A DNA stretch of 64,000 nucleotides from Myxococcota bacterium (GTDB lineage Bacteria; Myxococcota_A; UBA796; UBA2385), in contig JBIJDH010000001.1 of NCBI GenBank assembly GCA_044344255.1, positions 512,001 to 576,000 on the forward strand, given 5' to 3'. The position numbers were made by a program, and so were the translations under genes. The notes below the pieces were generated by a model that saw only the letters and a program-made list of their open reading frames with translations, was not told the origin of the DNA and did no database searches. Positions 37,232 to 46,342 of the stretch are shown here, piece by piece; within the stretch, counting starts at the first letter, position 1; the number at the start of each line of letters is the position of its first letter.

Positions 37232-39571
37232 TTGAGCCCGGCCCCCGCCGGCCGGCGCGTCGGACCAGCGGCGGCCGCGACGGCGCTGCTGCTCCTCCTG
37301 CTGATCGGGCTGGTCCTCCCGCGGACTCGCCTCATCGAGCCCGTCCCCACCGTGCTCCTCGTCGATCGACACGGCGAGAAGCTCGCCGACCTGCCCGGCC
37401 CGGACGGGGCCCTCGGCTACTGGCCGCTCGACTCCGCGCCCGATCGGGTCGCCGCCGCCACCCTCTGCCTCGAGGATCGTCGTTTCGCCGACCACCCGGG
37501 GGTCGATCCCCTCGCCCTGCTCCGCGCCGCGCGCCAGAACCTACAGGCCGGCGGCCGGATCTCCGGCGCCTCGACCCTCGCCATGCAGCTCGCCCGGATG
37601 CAGGCGCCCGGCCCGCGGACCTACCCCCGCAAGCTGCTCGAGGCCCTCGTCGCCATCGGCCTCACGGCACGCCACGGCCGAGATGGGGTGCTGCGGCAAT
37701 ACCTCCGCCTCGCCCCCTACGGCAACAACGTCCACGGCGTCGCCTACGCCGCCCGCTGGTACTTCGACAAGCCGGTCGGTGACCTCTCCTGGGCCGAGGT
37801 GGCCTTCCTCACCGCCCTCCCCCAGGCCCCGTCTCACACCAACCCCTTCGATCCCTCCGGGCGAGCCCGCGCGGTGGTCCGCGCCCGCCGCATCCTCCAG
37901 GCCCTCGAGCACGAGGGGCGCCTGAGCCCGATCGAGGGGGCCGCGGCCGCAGTCGATCTCGACCAGCTCGTGATCACCGACCGCCGCAGTCGACCCGCCG
38001 CGGCCTTACACCCGATCCTCCGCGCGGAGGCCGAGCTGCCCGAGCGGGGCCGCCCGCCGATCCTCCACAGCAGCCTCGATCTGGCCCTCCAGGAGGAGCT
38101 CCAGGCCCTGGTCTCGCACACCATCGCCCCATGGCGCAGCCGAGGGGCCGGCAACGCCGCCTTGCTCGTCGTCGACCGCGAGACCGCCGAGGTGCTCGCC
38201 GCGGTGGGCTCCGCAGACTGGGCCGACCCTGCGCACGCGGGCGCCATCGACTACACCCGCGTCCCTCGCAACCCGGGGAGCACCCTCAAGCCCCTCTTCT
38301 ACGCGGCCGCCCTCGATGCAGGCGTCCTCTTCCCCTGGACGATCCTCGCCGACACCCGCCGCGCCCGGGGCGGCATCGGCAACGCGGACGGCGCCTTCCT
38401 CGGCCCCCTCCTGCCCCGGCAGGCCCTGGCGAACTCCCGAAACGTGCCCGCCGTCGAGGTGCTGGAGCGGCTCGGCCTCGAGCGCGGCTACGAGCTGCTC
38501 CGCCGCCTCGGCCTCCACAAAGGCGAGACGCCCGCGCGCACCTACGGCCTCGGCCTCGCTGTGGGCGCGCTGCCCGTCACGCTCGAGCAGCTCGTCACCG
38601 CCTATCAGGGCCTCGCCGGAGACGGCCGCGCCCGCCCGCTCGTCTGGGAGGCCGGCCGCATCAGCACCCCCGGGGAGCGCCTGTGGAGCGAGGCCTCGGC
38701 GCGGCGCGTCGGGCTCTGGCTCTCCGATCCCCTCGCCCGGCTGCCCACCTTCCCCCGCATGGGGACCACCGAGTACCCCTTCCCCGTCGCGGTGAAGACC
38801 GGCACCTCCGGGGATTACCGCGACGCCTGGGCCGTCGGTTGGTCGAGCCGGCTGCTCGTCGGCGTTTGGGTGGGGGACCCGGACTGGCAGCCGATGGCGC
38901 ACCTCTCCGGCTTCACGGCCGCCGCCGACATCCTCCAGCGCGTGATGAACCGCCTGCACGCCCACGAGGCCCGCGGCGGCAGCGACATCGCCCCGCCCTC
39001 CCCCGAGGGCGCGCTCCCCGTCCGCCTCTGCGCCCTCAGCGGCCAGCGGGCCGGCCCCGCCTGTGATCGGGTGACCACCGAGCCGCTCGAGCCCGGGACG
39101 GGCCCGACCGAGCCCTGCCGCGTCCACCAGCGCCACCTCGTCGATCCGCACACCGGCGAGCTCGCCACCTCCGCCACCCGCCACCCTGTCCTCCGCACCT
39201 TCGTCGCGCTCGGCCCCGAGTACGCCGCCTGGCAGGCCCAGGCCGGGCTCCCCCGGCCGCCCGGCTCCACCCGCGGCCCCGAGGCGGCAGAGGCGCGCCC
39301 CCGCCTCCGCGTCCTCTCGCCCGACGACGGCGCCCGCCTGAGCCCCGACCCGGAGGCCCCGGCCGGTCAAAGCACGCTGTCCCTCGAGGCCAGCGTCGAC
39401 ACCGGCGCCGCGCAGCTCCTCTGGCTGGTCGACGGGGAGGCCCTCGCCGTCGTCGAGCCGCCCTATACGCTGCGCTGGCCCCTCACCGTGGGGGTCCACA
39501 CCTTCGAGGTCGCCGTCCCTCGGACACCCTGGCGCTCGGCCCCGGTCACGGTCGTCGTGGAGCGGCCTTGA
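37232..39571 (+). CDS. pbpC: Penicillin-binding protein 1C
   Basis: Transglycosylase EDRRF..HPGVD, GASTLAMQLAR, YLRLAPYG; transpeptidase STLK, SRN, KTGT; C-terminal BiPBP-type domain (WLVDG). Confidence 0.88.
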   Translation: MSPAPAGRRVGPAAAATALLLLLLIGLVLPRTRLIEPVPTVLLVDRHGEKLADLPGPDGALGYWPLDSAPDRVAAATLCLEDRRFADHPGVDPLALLRAARQNLQAGGRISGASTLAMQLARMQAPGPRTYPRKLLEALVAIGLTARHGRDGVLRQYLRLAPYGNNVHGVAYAARWYFDKPVGDLSWAEVAFLTALPQAPSHTNPFDPSGRARAVVRARRILQALEHEGRLSPIEGAAAAVDLDQLVITDRRSRPAAALHPILRAEAELPERGRPPILHSSLDLALQEELQALVSHTIAPWRSRGAGNAALLVVDRETAEVLAAVGSADWADPAHAGAIDYTRVPRNPGSTLKPLFYAAALDAGVLFPWTILADTRRARGGIGNADGAFLGPLLPRQALANSRNVPAVEVLERLGLERGYELLRRLGLHKGETPARTYGLGLAVGALPVTLEQLVTAYQGLAGDGRARPLVWEAGRISTPGERLWSEASARRVGLWLSDPLARLPTFPRMGTTEYPFPVAVKTGTSGDYRDAWAVGWSSRLLVGVWVGDPDWQPMAHLSGFTAAADILQRVMNRLHAHEARGGSDIAPPSPEGALPVRLCALSGQRAGPACDRVTTEPLEPGTGPTEPCRVHQRHLVDPHTGELATSATRHPVLRTFVALGPEYAAWQAQAGLPRPPGSTRGPEAAEARPRLRVLSPDDGARLSPDPEAPAGQSTLSLEASVDTGAAQLLWLVDGEALAVVEPPYTLRWPLTVGVHTFEVAVPRTPWRSAPVTVVVERP

Positions 39572-39583
39572 ACCCCGCGCCGC

Positions 39584-40525
39584 TCACAGCGGCTTGCGGG
39601 CCACCGCCATCCAGGCCCGGTTGAGGCGCCCCGCCACGGGGTGCTCGCGCAAGCGGCGCTCCCAGGCGAGGGCGGCGGCGACGTCGAGGGTGCCGGCCGC
39701 GAGCTCGAAGGGGCCGCTCATCGTGTAGTGGCTCGGCTGGAGCTCGATGAGCTCGAAGCGGCGCTCGAGCAAGGCGGCGAGCTCTGGACCCTCGTAGGTC
39801 CGCACCCACCGGTCTCCCGTGACATGGACGACGCCGTCCCCCACCCAGGCCTCGAGGGTGTCGGCCGGCACGTCATTGGCGAAGACCCAGCCCCAGCGGG
39901 CCTCGACGCTGCACAGCAGGTAGCCACCGGGCTTCAAGAGCGCCCAGACGGCGTCGAGGATGCGCTCCGGCTCGGCCGAGTAGCAGAGGACCTCGGTGGC
40001 CACCACGACATCGACGGGCTCCAAGGGCGGGAGCCGCTCGCCGGTGGTCCAGTGGGCGTCAAGGGCCCCCTTGCCCTGCTCGACCGCCGCGCTGACCGCC
40101 CGCCACAGGCTGCGAAGGTCGGGGTCGACCAGCTCCACCGTGCAGCCCTGGCCGAGCATCCAGACGCCCATCCGCCCGACGCCGCAGCCGAGGTCCATCG
40201 CGCGGCAGCCGGGCGGGATGAAAGGCGCCCAGCGCTCGAGGTAGATCTCTCGCTCCACCATCTTGACGTGATGGGACGGGGAGTCGGGATCGAGCAGCTC
40301 CATCACCTCCTCGTGCTCATCCCAGAAGTGGGCGGCCCCGACGAGGTTCTCGAAGGCCGCCGTCGGGGCCTCACCGCCGCGGTGCAGGTCGAGCAGGCGC
40401 TCGTCTCCGGGGGGCATCTGAAAGCACACGTCCGCCCAGTCCTCGAGCTCGGCCGCCGCATAGGGCGGGCCAGGGGGCAGCGTGAGGCGGCTGCGCTTGG
40501 CGCCGCGCGCGTCCTTCAGGCTCAT
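39584..40525 (-). CDS. Class I SAM-dependent methyltransferase with acidic N-terminal extension
   Basis: AMDLGCGVGR, VELVD, DVVVATEVLCY, LLKPGG; GGGGAG RBS before ATG 40525. Confidence 0.85.
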   Translation of the reverse strand: MSLKDARGAKRSRLTLPPGPPYAAAELEDWADVCFQMPPGDERLLDLHRGGEAPTAAFENLVGAAHFWDEHEEVMELLDPDSPSHHVKMVEREIYLERWAPFIPPGCRAMDLGCGVGRMGVWMLGQGCTVELVDPDLRSLWRAVSAAVEQGKGALDAHWTTGERLPPLEPVDVVVATEVLCYSAEPERILDAVWALLKPGGYLLCSVEARWGWVFANDVPADTLEAWVGDGVVHVTGDRWVRTYEGPELAALLERRFELIELQPSHYTMSGPFELAAGTLDVAAALAWERRLREHPVAGRLNRAWMAVARKPL

Positions 40526-40558
40526 CTTCCGCTCCCCCCGCCGCGCCCTGGCGGACCC

Positions 40559-40594
40559 AAAAAAAGACGGGCCACCCCGCGTGGGAGTGGCCCG
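40559..40594 (-). terminator. Intrinsic terminator
   Basis: Minus strand CGGGCCACTCC-CACGC-GGGGTGGCCCG (11-bp stem, one G.U pair), then TC and T7. Confidence 0.85.
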
Positions 40595-40610
40595 GAGCAC
40601 CAAAGCGGCC

Positions 40611-40682
40611 CTAGCTGGGCTTCTTCGGGCCCGGCTTGGGTCGGGGAGAGGGGCGCCAGCCCCGATTCGAGAGCTTGTTCAT
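40611..40682 (-). CDS. 23-aa basic Pro-rich peptide MNKLSNRGWRPSPRPKPGPKKPS (absent from the ORF track)
   Basis: GGAGG 4 nt before ATG, promoter upstream, terminator 16 nt after TAG. Confidence 0.65.
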   Translation of the reverse strand: MNKLSNRGWRPSPRPKPGPKKPS

Positions 40683-40712
40683 GATGCCTCCAGGCGGGAA
40701 GTGAGCACTGAC

Positions 40713-40741
40713 AACATGCCGGAGGGCGGGGCACCTGTCAA
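40713..40741 (-). promoter_or_regulatory. Sigma70 promoter for the small peptide
   Basis: TTGACA (40741-40736), 17 nt, CATGTT (40718-40713). Confidence 0.7.
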
Positions 40742-40758
40742 GGAAGCCGGCGGCCCAA

Positions 40759-40808
40759 CGGGGACGGTCGGGGACCACCGGAGGCCATCGGGGACTACCG
40801 GGGACCCC
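40759..40808 (+). repeat. Five 10-bp tandem units, consensus CGGGGACnnn
   Basis: CGGGGACGGT, CGGGGACCAC, CGGAGGCCAT, CGGGGACTAC, CGGGGACCCC. Confidence 0.8.
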
Positions 40809-40829
40809 GATGCGCAGGGCCCCGATGTC

Positions 40830-40858
40830 TCGACCAAGGCCAGGACCGCAGATATAAT
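40830..40858 (+). promoter_or_regulatory. Sigma70 promoter for the downstream lipoprotein
   Basis: TCGACC, 17 nt, TATAAT; AGGAG RBS at 40877. Confidence 0.65.
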
Positions 40859-40886
40859 CGACCGTGCCACACGATCAGGAGCCAAG

Positions 40887-41852
40887 ATGCGCGCCGACAC
40901 CCCCGCCGACCTCCGCACCAGCGCCCACACCCTCCGCCCCTGGATGGTCGCGGTCGCGCTGCTCGCCGGATGCGCGAGGCCGCCGGAGGCCCCCGATCAG
41001 CTCGACGAGCTCTGCGCCTACATCTACGGCCACTTCCAAGACGAGGATCCGGCCGCCCTCGAGAGCGCGGTCACCCACCTCGACGTGTGGCTCAATGACC
41101 ACTTCGACGAGGCCGCGGCCGGCTACGTCGTCAACGATCTCGGCGCCGCCGAGGTCGACCCCCTCGACGCTCCCGAGGTTGACCTCAGCGGCCTCGTCGG
41201 CGCCTCGGTGGTCACCGACATCGACCACAGCGTGCGCGCCGTCACCGAGGCCATCATCACGGTGAGCCCGCAAGACATCTACCAGGACACCTACTCCGCC
41301 TACGAGCGCCAGTGGCTCTCCGATCCCGAGTGTTTCCCGCCATTCGCCTGCGAAGAGGCCAACGCCTTCACCCACAGCGAGAGCGCCTGGCCCCTCGGCC
41401 TCGTCGTGGGGGTCTACCTCTACCAGGACTATCGCTGGATCGAGACCGAGTATGGCCCCGCCATGCTGCAGAGGACCTGGCTCAGCCAGCCCGCCGACTC
41501 CAGCCTCGACTGGCTCAACATCAACGCCCAGTACTTCATGGCCGTCAACCTGCCCCAAAAAGACGGCAGCACCCATCGCCTGCAGGCGATGTGGGTGGTG
41601 GCCCAGCTCGGTGACGCGGCGGTCCCCGAGGACATGGCCTTGGATCTTGTGATCGACTCCATGCAGGGCGAAGACGCTCGGCTCGACACTTGGCTCGACC
41701 AGCAGGCCTTCCTCGACGATCTGGAGGGCCCCGGAGGCCACTACGAGGGGGGCTCCTGCAGCAGCGCCCCTGGGCCCCGTGCTTCGGCCGGCCTCTTCGC
41801 GGTGCTGGCGGGCGCCCTGGCCCTCCGCCGTCGCCGCCCGCGCGTGGATTGA
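40887..41852 (+). CDS. Putative lipoprotein with C-terminal MYXO-CTERM-like sorting signal
   Basis: ALLAGC lipobox; C-terminus GGSCSSAPG..GLFAVLAGALALRRRR. Confidence 0.75.
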   Translation: MRADTPADLRTSAHTLRPWMVAVALLAGCARPPEAPDQLDELCAYIYGHFQDEDPAALESAVTHLDVWLNDHFDEAAAGYVVNDLGAAEVDPLDAPEVDLSGLVGASVVTDIDHSVRAVTEAIITVSPQDIYQDTYSAYERQWLSDPECFPPFACEEANAFTHSESAWPLGLVVGVYLYQDYRWIETEYGPAMLQRTWLSQPADSSLDWLNINAQYFMAVNLPQKDGSTHRLQAMWVVAQLGDAAVPEDMALDLVIDSMQGEDARLDTWLDQQAFLDDLEGPGGHYEGGSCSSAPGPRASAGLFAVLAGALALRRRRPRVD

Positions 41853-41871
41853 GCGCGGCGGAGCGCGGCCC

Positions 41872-42738
41872 TCAGCCCTCGATCATCCGCCAAGCCCCGG
41901 GCTCGCGGAGGAGCGCCTCCATCAGAGCGCGGCTGAGCGTGTGCCCCGGCAGGTCGGTCTCGAGCTGGCCGCGGAGAGGGCAGCCGAGCAGCGCGAGGTC
42001 ACCGAGCAGGTCGAGCGCCTTGTGACGGACCGGCTCGTCCGCAGCGCGGAGGCCGCCCGGGTTGAGGACGCCGTCTGATCCGTAGACGACCACGTTGTCG
42101 AGGTTGGCCCCGCGGGCGAGGCCGGCGGCGCGCAGGGCGTCGAGGTCACGGAGGAAGCCGAAGGTGCGGGCCCAGGCGATCTCCTGGGAGAAGACCTCCG
42201 GCCCGTCAAAGGCGACCCGGATGCGCTGGGTGCCGATGGCGACATGATCGTAGTCCACCCGGAGGTCGAGGCAGAGACAGGGGGCGGGGCTCAGCCGGGC
42301 CCAGCGCCCCCCGAGCCGCACCTCGACCGGGGCCTCCACCACCATCACCTGGCGGGGGACCGCTGAGTCGACAGCGCCGGCCTCCCCGAGGAGCTCGACC
42401 CAGGGGCCGGCGCTCCCATCGAGGGCCGGGATCTCACCGCCCTCCACCGCGATCTCCACGTCATCCAGCCCCTGCCCGACGAGCGCGGCGAGCAGATGCT
42501 CGACGGTCCGCACCCGCTGCGACGCGCCGCCAGGGCCCGGGCTGGCGAGGGTGGTGGCGAACTGGGTGTCCTCAACCGCCTCCAGCCGCGCCGCGAGCCC
42601 ACCACCGCTGGAGAAGGTGAAGCGGCGCCCGGAGCCCGGCGCTGATGGGCGGAGCTCCACGCGCGTCGGGGCTCCGCTGTGTAAGCCGACGCCCGCCACG
42701 CTCACCGCGCGGGCCAGGGTGCGACGCCGTGGGCTCAA
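41872..42738 (-). CDS. lpxC: UDP-3-O-acyl-N-acetylglucosamine deacetylase
   Basis: GVGLHSG, TVEHLLAAL, EIPALDGSA, ARTFGF, RHKALDLLGDL, GH. Confidence 0.95.
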   Translation of the reverse strand: MSPRRRTLARAVSVAGVGLHSGAPTRVELRPSAPGSGRRFTFSSGGGLAARLEAVEDTQFATTLASPGPGGASQRVRTVEHLLAALVGQGLDDVEIAVEGGEIPALDGSAGPWVELLGEAGAVDSAVPRQVMVVEAPVEVRLGGRWARLSPAPCLCLDLRVDYDHVAIGTQRIRVAFDGPEVFSQEIAWARTFGFLRDLDALRAAGLARGANLDNVVVYGSDGVLNPGGLRAADEPVRHKALDLLGDLALLGCPLRGQLETDLPGHTLSRALMEALLREPGAWRMIEG

Positions 42739-42744
42739 GCGGGC

Positions 42745-43194
42745 CTACGGGTGGGCCGGAAGGCCGCGCAACACTTGACCCTCCGCCACATGGTGCGCGG
42801 CGAACCAGCCCTGGCTCATCTCGAGGCAGTACATCGCCGGCTTGCCCGAGGGCACCGGGCTCAGGTTCAGCGGGGTCATGTCGCTGATGCGGACGATGGT
42901 GCCAGCGGCGTCGATGTAGGCGATCGACAGCGGCAGGACCGTGTTCTTCATCCAGAAGCTGCGGGGAGCGGAGTCTGGGTAGACGAAGAGCATGCCCTGG
43001 TCGGCGGGGAGCTTCGTCCGAAACATCAAGCCCGCCTCTCGCTCTTCGGGGCTGTCGGCGACCTCGGCCACCACCGCCTTCGCCCCCACCTGGAGGGTCA
43101 CAGTGGGCAGCGTCGGCTGGGCTTCGCTGATCTCACCCAAGCCCGGGGAGGCCTCGGCGCACGCGAGCTGGCTCAGGAGCAGGGTGGTCCACAT
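42745..43194 (-). CDS. DUF192 family protein
   Basis: EVADSPEEREAGLMFR, GMLFVY, FWMKNTVLPLSIAYID. Confidence 0.9.
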   Translation of the reverse strand: MWTTLLLSQLACAEASPGLGEISEAQPTLPTVTLQVGAKAVVAEVADSPEEREAGLMFRTKLPADQGMLFVYPDSAPRSFWMKNTVLPLSIAYIDAAGTIVRISDMTPLNLSPVPSGKPAMYCLEMSQGWFAAHHVAEGQVLRGLPAHP

Positions 43195-44210
43195 CAGAAC
43201 AGCTTCTCCTGGGCGGCGGCAGACGTCGCGTCGGGCAGGCCGAGGTGACGAACCCCTCGGGCCGTGATCACCCTCCCCTGCCGCGTGCGCTTCAAGAAGC
43301 CGCGCTGGATCAGGAAGGGCTCGAAGACGTCCTCGATCACGTCGCGCTCCTCTCCGATGGCGGTGGCGAGGTTGTCCACGCCCACCGGGCCCCCATCGAA
43401 CTTGAGGGCGATGGTCTCGAGCACCCGACGGTCCATCCCGTCGAGGCCCTCGGTGTCGATGCCGAGGCGATCGAGGGTGAGCTTCACCACGGCCTCGTCG
43501 ATCTCGAGCGAGCCCTGCACCTGGGCGAAGTCGCGCGCCCGCCGGAGGAGCCGGTTCGCCACCCGCGGCGTGCCCCGCGAGCGCCGCGCCAGCTCATCAC
43601 AGGCTGGCCCCGTGATGGGGAAGCCGAGCCGGACCGCGCTCCGGCTGAGGATGAGCGCGAGCTCGGCCGGCTGGTAGAAGTCCAGGTTGAACTGGATCTG
43701 GAAGCGGTCGCGGAGGGGCCGCGTCAGGAGCCCGGCCCGCGTCGTGGCCCCGATCAGCGTAAAACGAGGCAGGGGCATGCTCACCGACTGGGCCCCCGGG
43801 CCCTGGCCGAGCATGATGTCGATGCGGAAGTCCTCCACCGCGGCGTAGAGCACCTCCTCCACCGTGCGGTTGAGGCGGTGGATCTCGTCGATGAACAGCA
43901 CCTCTCGCGGCTGGAGGCTGTTGAGCACGGCGGCGAGATCACCGGCCCGCTCGACGACCGGGCCCGAGGTCGGGCGGATCTCCACCCCCAGCTCCTCCGC
44001 CACGATGTGGGCGAGCGAGGTCTTGCCGAGCCCGGGCGGCCCGGCGAGCAGCACGTGGTCGAGCGCCTCCCCGCGCGCCTTCGCTGCGCGGATGTAGACC
44101 CGCAGGTTGTCGACCACCGCCTTCTGACCCACATACTCATCGAGGTTCCGCGGCCGAAGCGCCGGATCATCGCGGGCGGGGGTCTCGGTGGGATCAACGG
44201 GGCGGCTCAC
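43194..44210 (-). CDS. ruvB: Holliday junction branch migration helicase RuvB
   Basis: [48 protein letters not shown]. Confidence 0.98.
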   Translation of the reverse strand: MSRPVDPTETPARDDPALRPRNLDEYVGQKAVVDNLRVYIRAAKARGEALDHVLLAGPPGLGKTSLAHIVAEELGVEIRPTSGPVVERAGDLAAVLNSLQPREVLFIDEIHRLNRTVEEVLYAAVEDFRIDIMLGQGPGAQSVSMPLPRFTLIGATTRAGLLTRPLRDRFQIQFNLDFYQPAELALILSRSAVRLGFPITGPACDELARRSRGTPRVANRLLRRARDFAQVQGSLEIDEAVVKLTLDRLGIDTEGLDGMDRRVLETIALKFDGGPVGVDNLATAIGEERDVIEDVFEPFLIQRGFLKRTRQGRVITARGVRHLGLPDATSAAAQEKLF

Positions 44211-44785
44211 TGGGGCCTCAGGACGCGCAGCGCAGCGCTGAAGCGCTCGGCGAAGGTCGCCTCACCCGCCGCGGGGACCTCCGCCAGGGCACGATCGATC
44301 TCCGACTTCCGAAACTCCATCCGGGCCAGGGCCAGCGGCAGGGCGTCGGCCTCAGCGGCGGTGGAGGCCGCGGGCACGAAGCGCTCCGGCAGCTTGGCCT
44401 TGAGCTCGAGGCAGAGCCGCTGGGCGATCTTGGCCCCCACGCCGGGGATGCGGCTGAGCGACCGCACGTCGTCCTTGTGGATGGCCACCGAGAGCGGGCC
44501 GAGCTCGAGGTTGGAGAGGATGGCCAACGCGAGCTTCGGGCCGATGCCGTTCACCTCGCGGAGGAGGTCGAAGGCGTCGCGCTCATCGGTGGTGCGAAAG
44601 CCGTAGAGCGCGATGTCATCTTCGCGGACGAGCGTGGAGACGTGGAGCGTCAGCTCTTGATCTCCCGGCAGCGGCGCCGCGAGCAGCGAGGCCGGCACCC
44701 CCACCCGGTAGCCAACCCCGTGCACATCGAGCACGAGGGCCCCCGCGAGCTGTGCCGCCACCCGCCCGCGCAGCATCGCGATCAT
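44207..44785 (-). CDS. ruvA: Holliday junction DNA-binding protein RuvA
   Basis: [22 protein letters not shown], HhH motifs GIGPKLA and PGVGAKIA. Confidence 0.96.
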   Translation of the reverse strand: MIAMLRGRVAAQLAGALVLDVHGVGYRVGVPASLLAAPLPGDQELTLHVSTLVREDDIALYGFRTTDERDAFDLLREVNGIGPKLALAILSNLELGPLSVAIHKDDVRSLSRIPGVGAKIAQRLCLELKAKLPERFVPAASTAAEADALPLALARMEFRKSEIDRALAEVPAAGEATFAERFSAALRVLRPQ

Positions 44786-45288
44786 GCCGACAGCCCTCTC
44801 AGCTCAGCCACCTTCTGGGCGAGCACCGCGTGCCCGAGGTGGGTGATGGCGATGGCGACGGCGTCCGCGGCGTCCGAGGGGAGGTCTTCGGTGAGGCCGA
44901 GCAGACGACCGACGACGCGCACCATCTCGGGCTTGCCGGCGCGCCCATGACCGGCCACCGTCTTCTTCACGGTCATCGCGTTGTACTCACTCACGCCCAC
45001 GCCGGTCTGGGCGGCGACGAGCAGGGCCACTCCGCGAGCCTGACCGAGCCGCAGCGCGCTCTCGGCGCTCCGGTATTGAAAGATCGCCTCGATGGCCACA
45101 GCGTCGGGCCGATGACGGGTGATGACCGCGCCGAGGCCCTCATAGATGCGCAGGAGACGCTCTGGGATGGGGTCTTCGCTGCGGGTGCGCACTACGCCGG
45201 CCTCGACGAGCACGTGGCGACCCTTCTCGCGGCGCACGAGGCCCCAGCCGGTGGCGGTGCTGCCGGGATCAATGCCGAGGACGAGCAT
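44782..45288 (-). CDS. ruvC: Holliday junction resolvase RuvC
   Basis: LGIDPG..TGWG, AIE, LGQARG, VKK.V.G.GRA.K, DAADAVAIA. Confidence 0.96.
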   Translation of the reverse strand: MLVLGIDPGSTATGWGLVRREKGRHVLVEAGVVRTRSEDPIPERLLRIYEGLGAVITRHRPDAVAIEAIFQYRSAESALRLGQARGVALLVAAQTGVGVSEYNAMTVKKTVAGHGRAGKPEMVRVVGRLLGLTEDLPSDAADAVAIAITHLGHAVLAQKVAELRGLSA

Positions 45289-45336
45289 GGGCGACCAGGA
45301 CCCGGGGCGACGAGGAGCGGTGAACGGAGCGAGGGG

Positions 45337-45357
45337 GGTGAACGAGCGTCCAGTATA
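45337..45357 (-). promoter_or_regulatory. Putative LexA box overlapping the -10 of ruvCAB
   Basis: Minus strand TATACTGGACGCTCGTTCACC; the box matches 15/17 of the M. xanthus consensus. Confidence 0.7.
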
Positions 45358-45412
45358 GCGCGGGCCCCGCGGGCGGGCACCGCGGCCCGGGCGCCGGAGC
45401 GCGCGCCGACGC

Positions 45413-46333
45413 TCAAGGGAGGGCCGGGACGTCGAGGACCCCGCCCCCATCGTAGAAGATGCGGCGGCGGTGCTCACCGTCCGGCACCGTGGCGCCGTCC
45501 CAGACGACGCAGTCCCGCAGGGAGGCCCCAGAGGGCACCACCGCGCCCGCCCCCACCACGCTCCGCGAGAGATCTCCCTCCACGCGCGCGCCCTCGCCGA
45601 TGAAGCTCCCACCGGGGCCCCGCTCCCCGCGGGTCCAGGGGTCGATCGGGGGTCGGAGCCGGCCATCGAGCACGTCGAGGTTGGCCCGCAGGTAGGTGTC
45701 GGGGGCGCCGATGTCGACCCACTGCCCGGCGTGGAGCAGGGCGCCCACCTTCCCGGCGAGGATGCGCTCCCGCCAGGCGGTTCGGACGTCGCCGTCGGTG
45801 ATCTGGCCGATCAGGCCTCGGGACATCGCGTGGATCCCGGTGAAGTGTGTGCCCGGGACCCCGCCGGGGAGCTGCACCCAGTGGGTCATGCGCACGACCT
45901 TGCCGCTCCCATCCGCCTCAACGGGGCCGATGGCGGTGGCGTCCGGGGAGGCCCGCAGGGCCATCGCGGCGCCGTCCGCAGGGCAGCGCGCGAACAAGGC
46001 CGTGAGGTCGACGTCGGAGAGCACGTCGCCGTTGACCACGACGAAGCGCTCGGCGAGGCGACCCTCGCCGGCCTGGAGCGCCCCGCCGGTGCCGAGCACG
46101 TCGGGCAGCTCCACCTGCAGCTCGACACGCTGCTCGACGGCCCAGGCGGCGACCTGCTCCCAGAGGTGGTGCGCGTTGACCAGCACCCGCTCGTGGCCGT
46201 GGGCACGCAGGTGCGCGAGGGCGTGATCGAGCAGGCTCGCGCCGCAGAGGGGGAGCAGCGGCTTCGGGCGAAACAGGGTGAGCGGCCGGAGGCGGGTGCC
46301 GAGCCCCGCGGCCAGCAGGAAGGCAGTGTTCAT
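45413..46333 (-). CDS. NDP-sugar nucleotidyltransferase family protein
   Basis: LAAGLGTRLRPLT..RPKPL, VNAHHL, LGTGGAL, VNGDV, WVDIG; short hexapeptide-repeat tail. Confidence 0.88.
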   Translation of the reverse strand: MNTAFLLAAGLGTRLRPLTLFRPKPLLPLCGASLLDHALAHLRAHGHERVLVNAHHLWEQVAAWAVEQRVELQVELPDVLGTGGALQAGEGRLAERFVVVNGDVLSDVDLTALFARCPADGAAMALRASPDATAIGPVEADGSGKVVRMTHWVQLPGGVPGTHFTGIHAMSRGLIGQITDGDVRTAWRERILAGKVGALLHAGQWVDIGAPDTYLRANLDVLDGRLRPPIDPWTRGERGPGGSFIGEGARVEGDLSRSVVGAGAVVPSGASLRDCVVWDGATVPDGEHRRRIFYDGGGVLDVPALP

Positions 46334-46342
46334 CCGCTCCAG

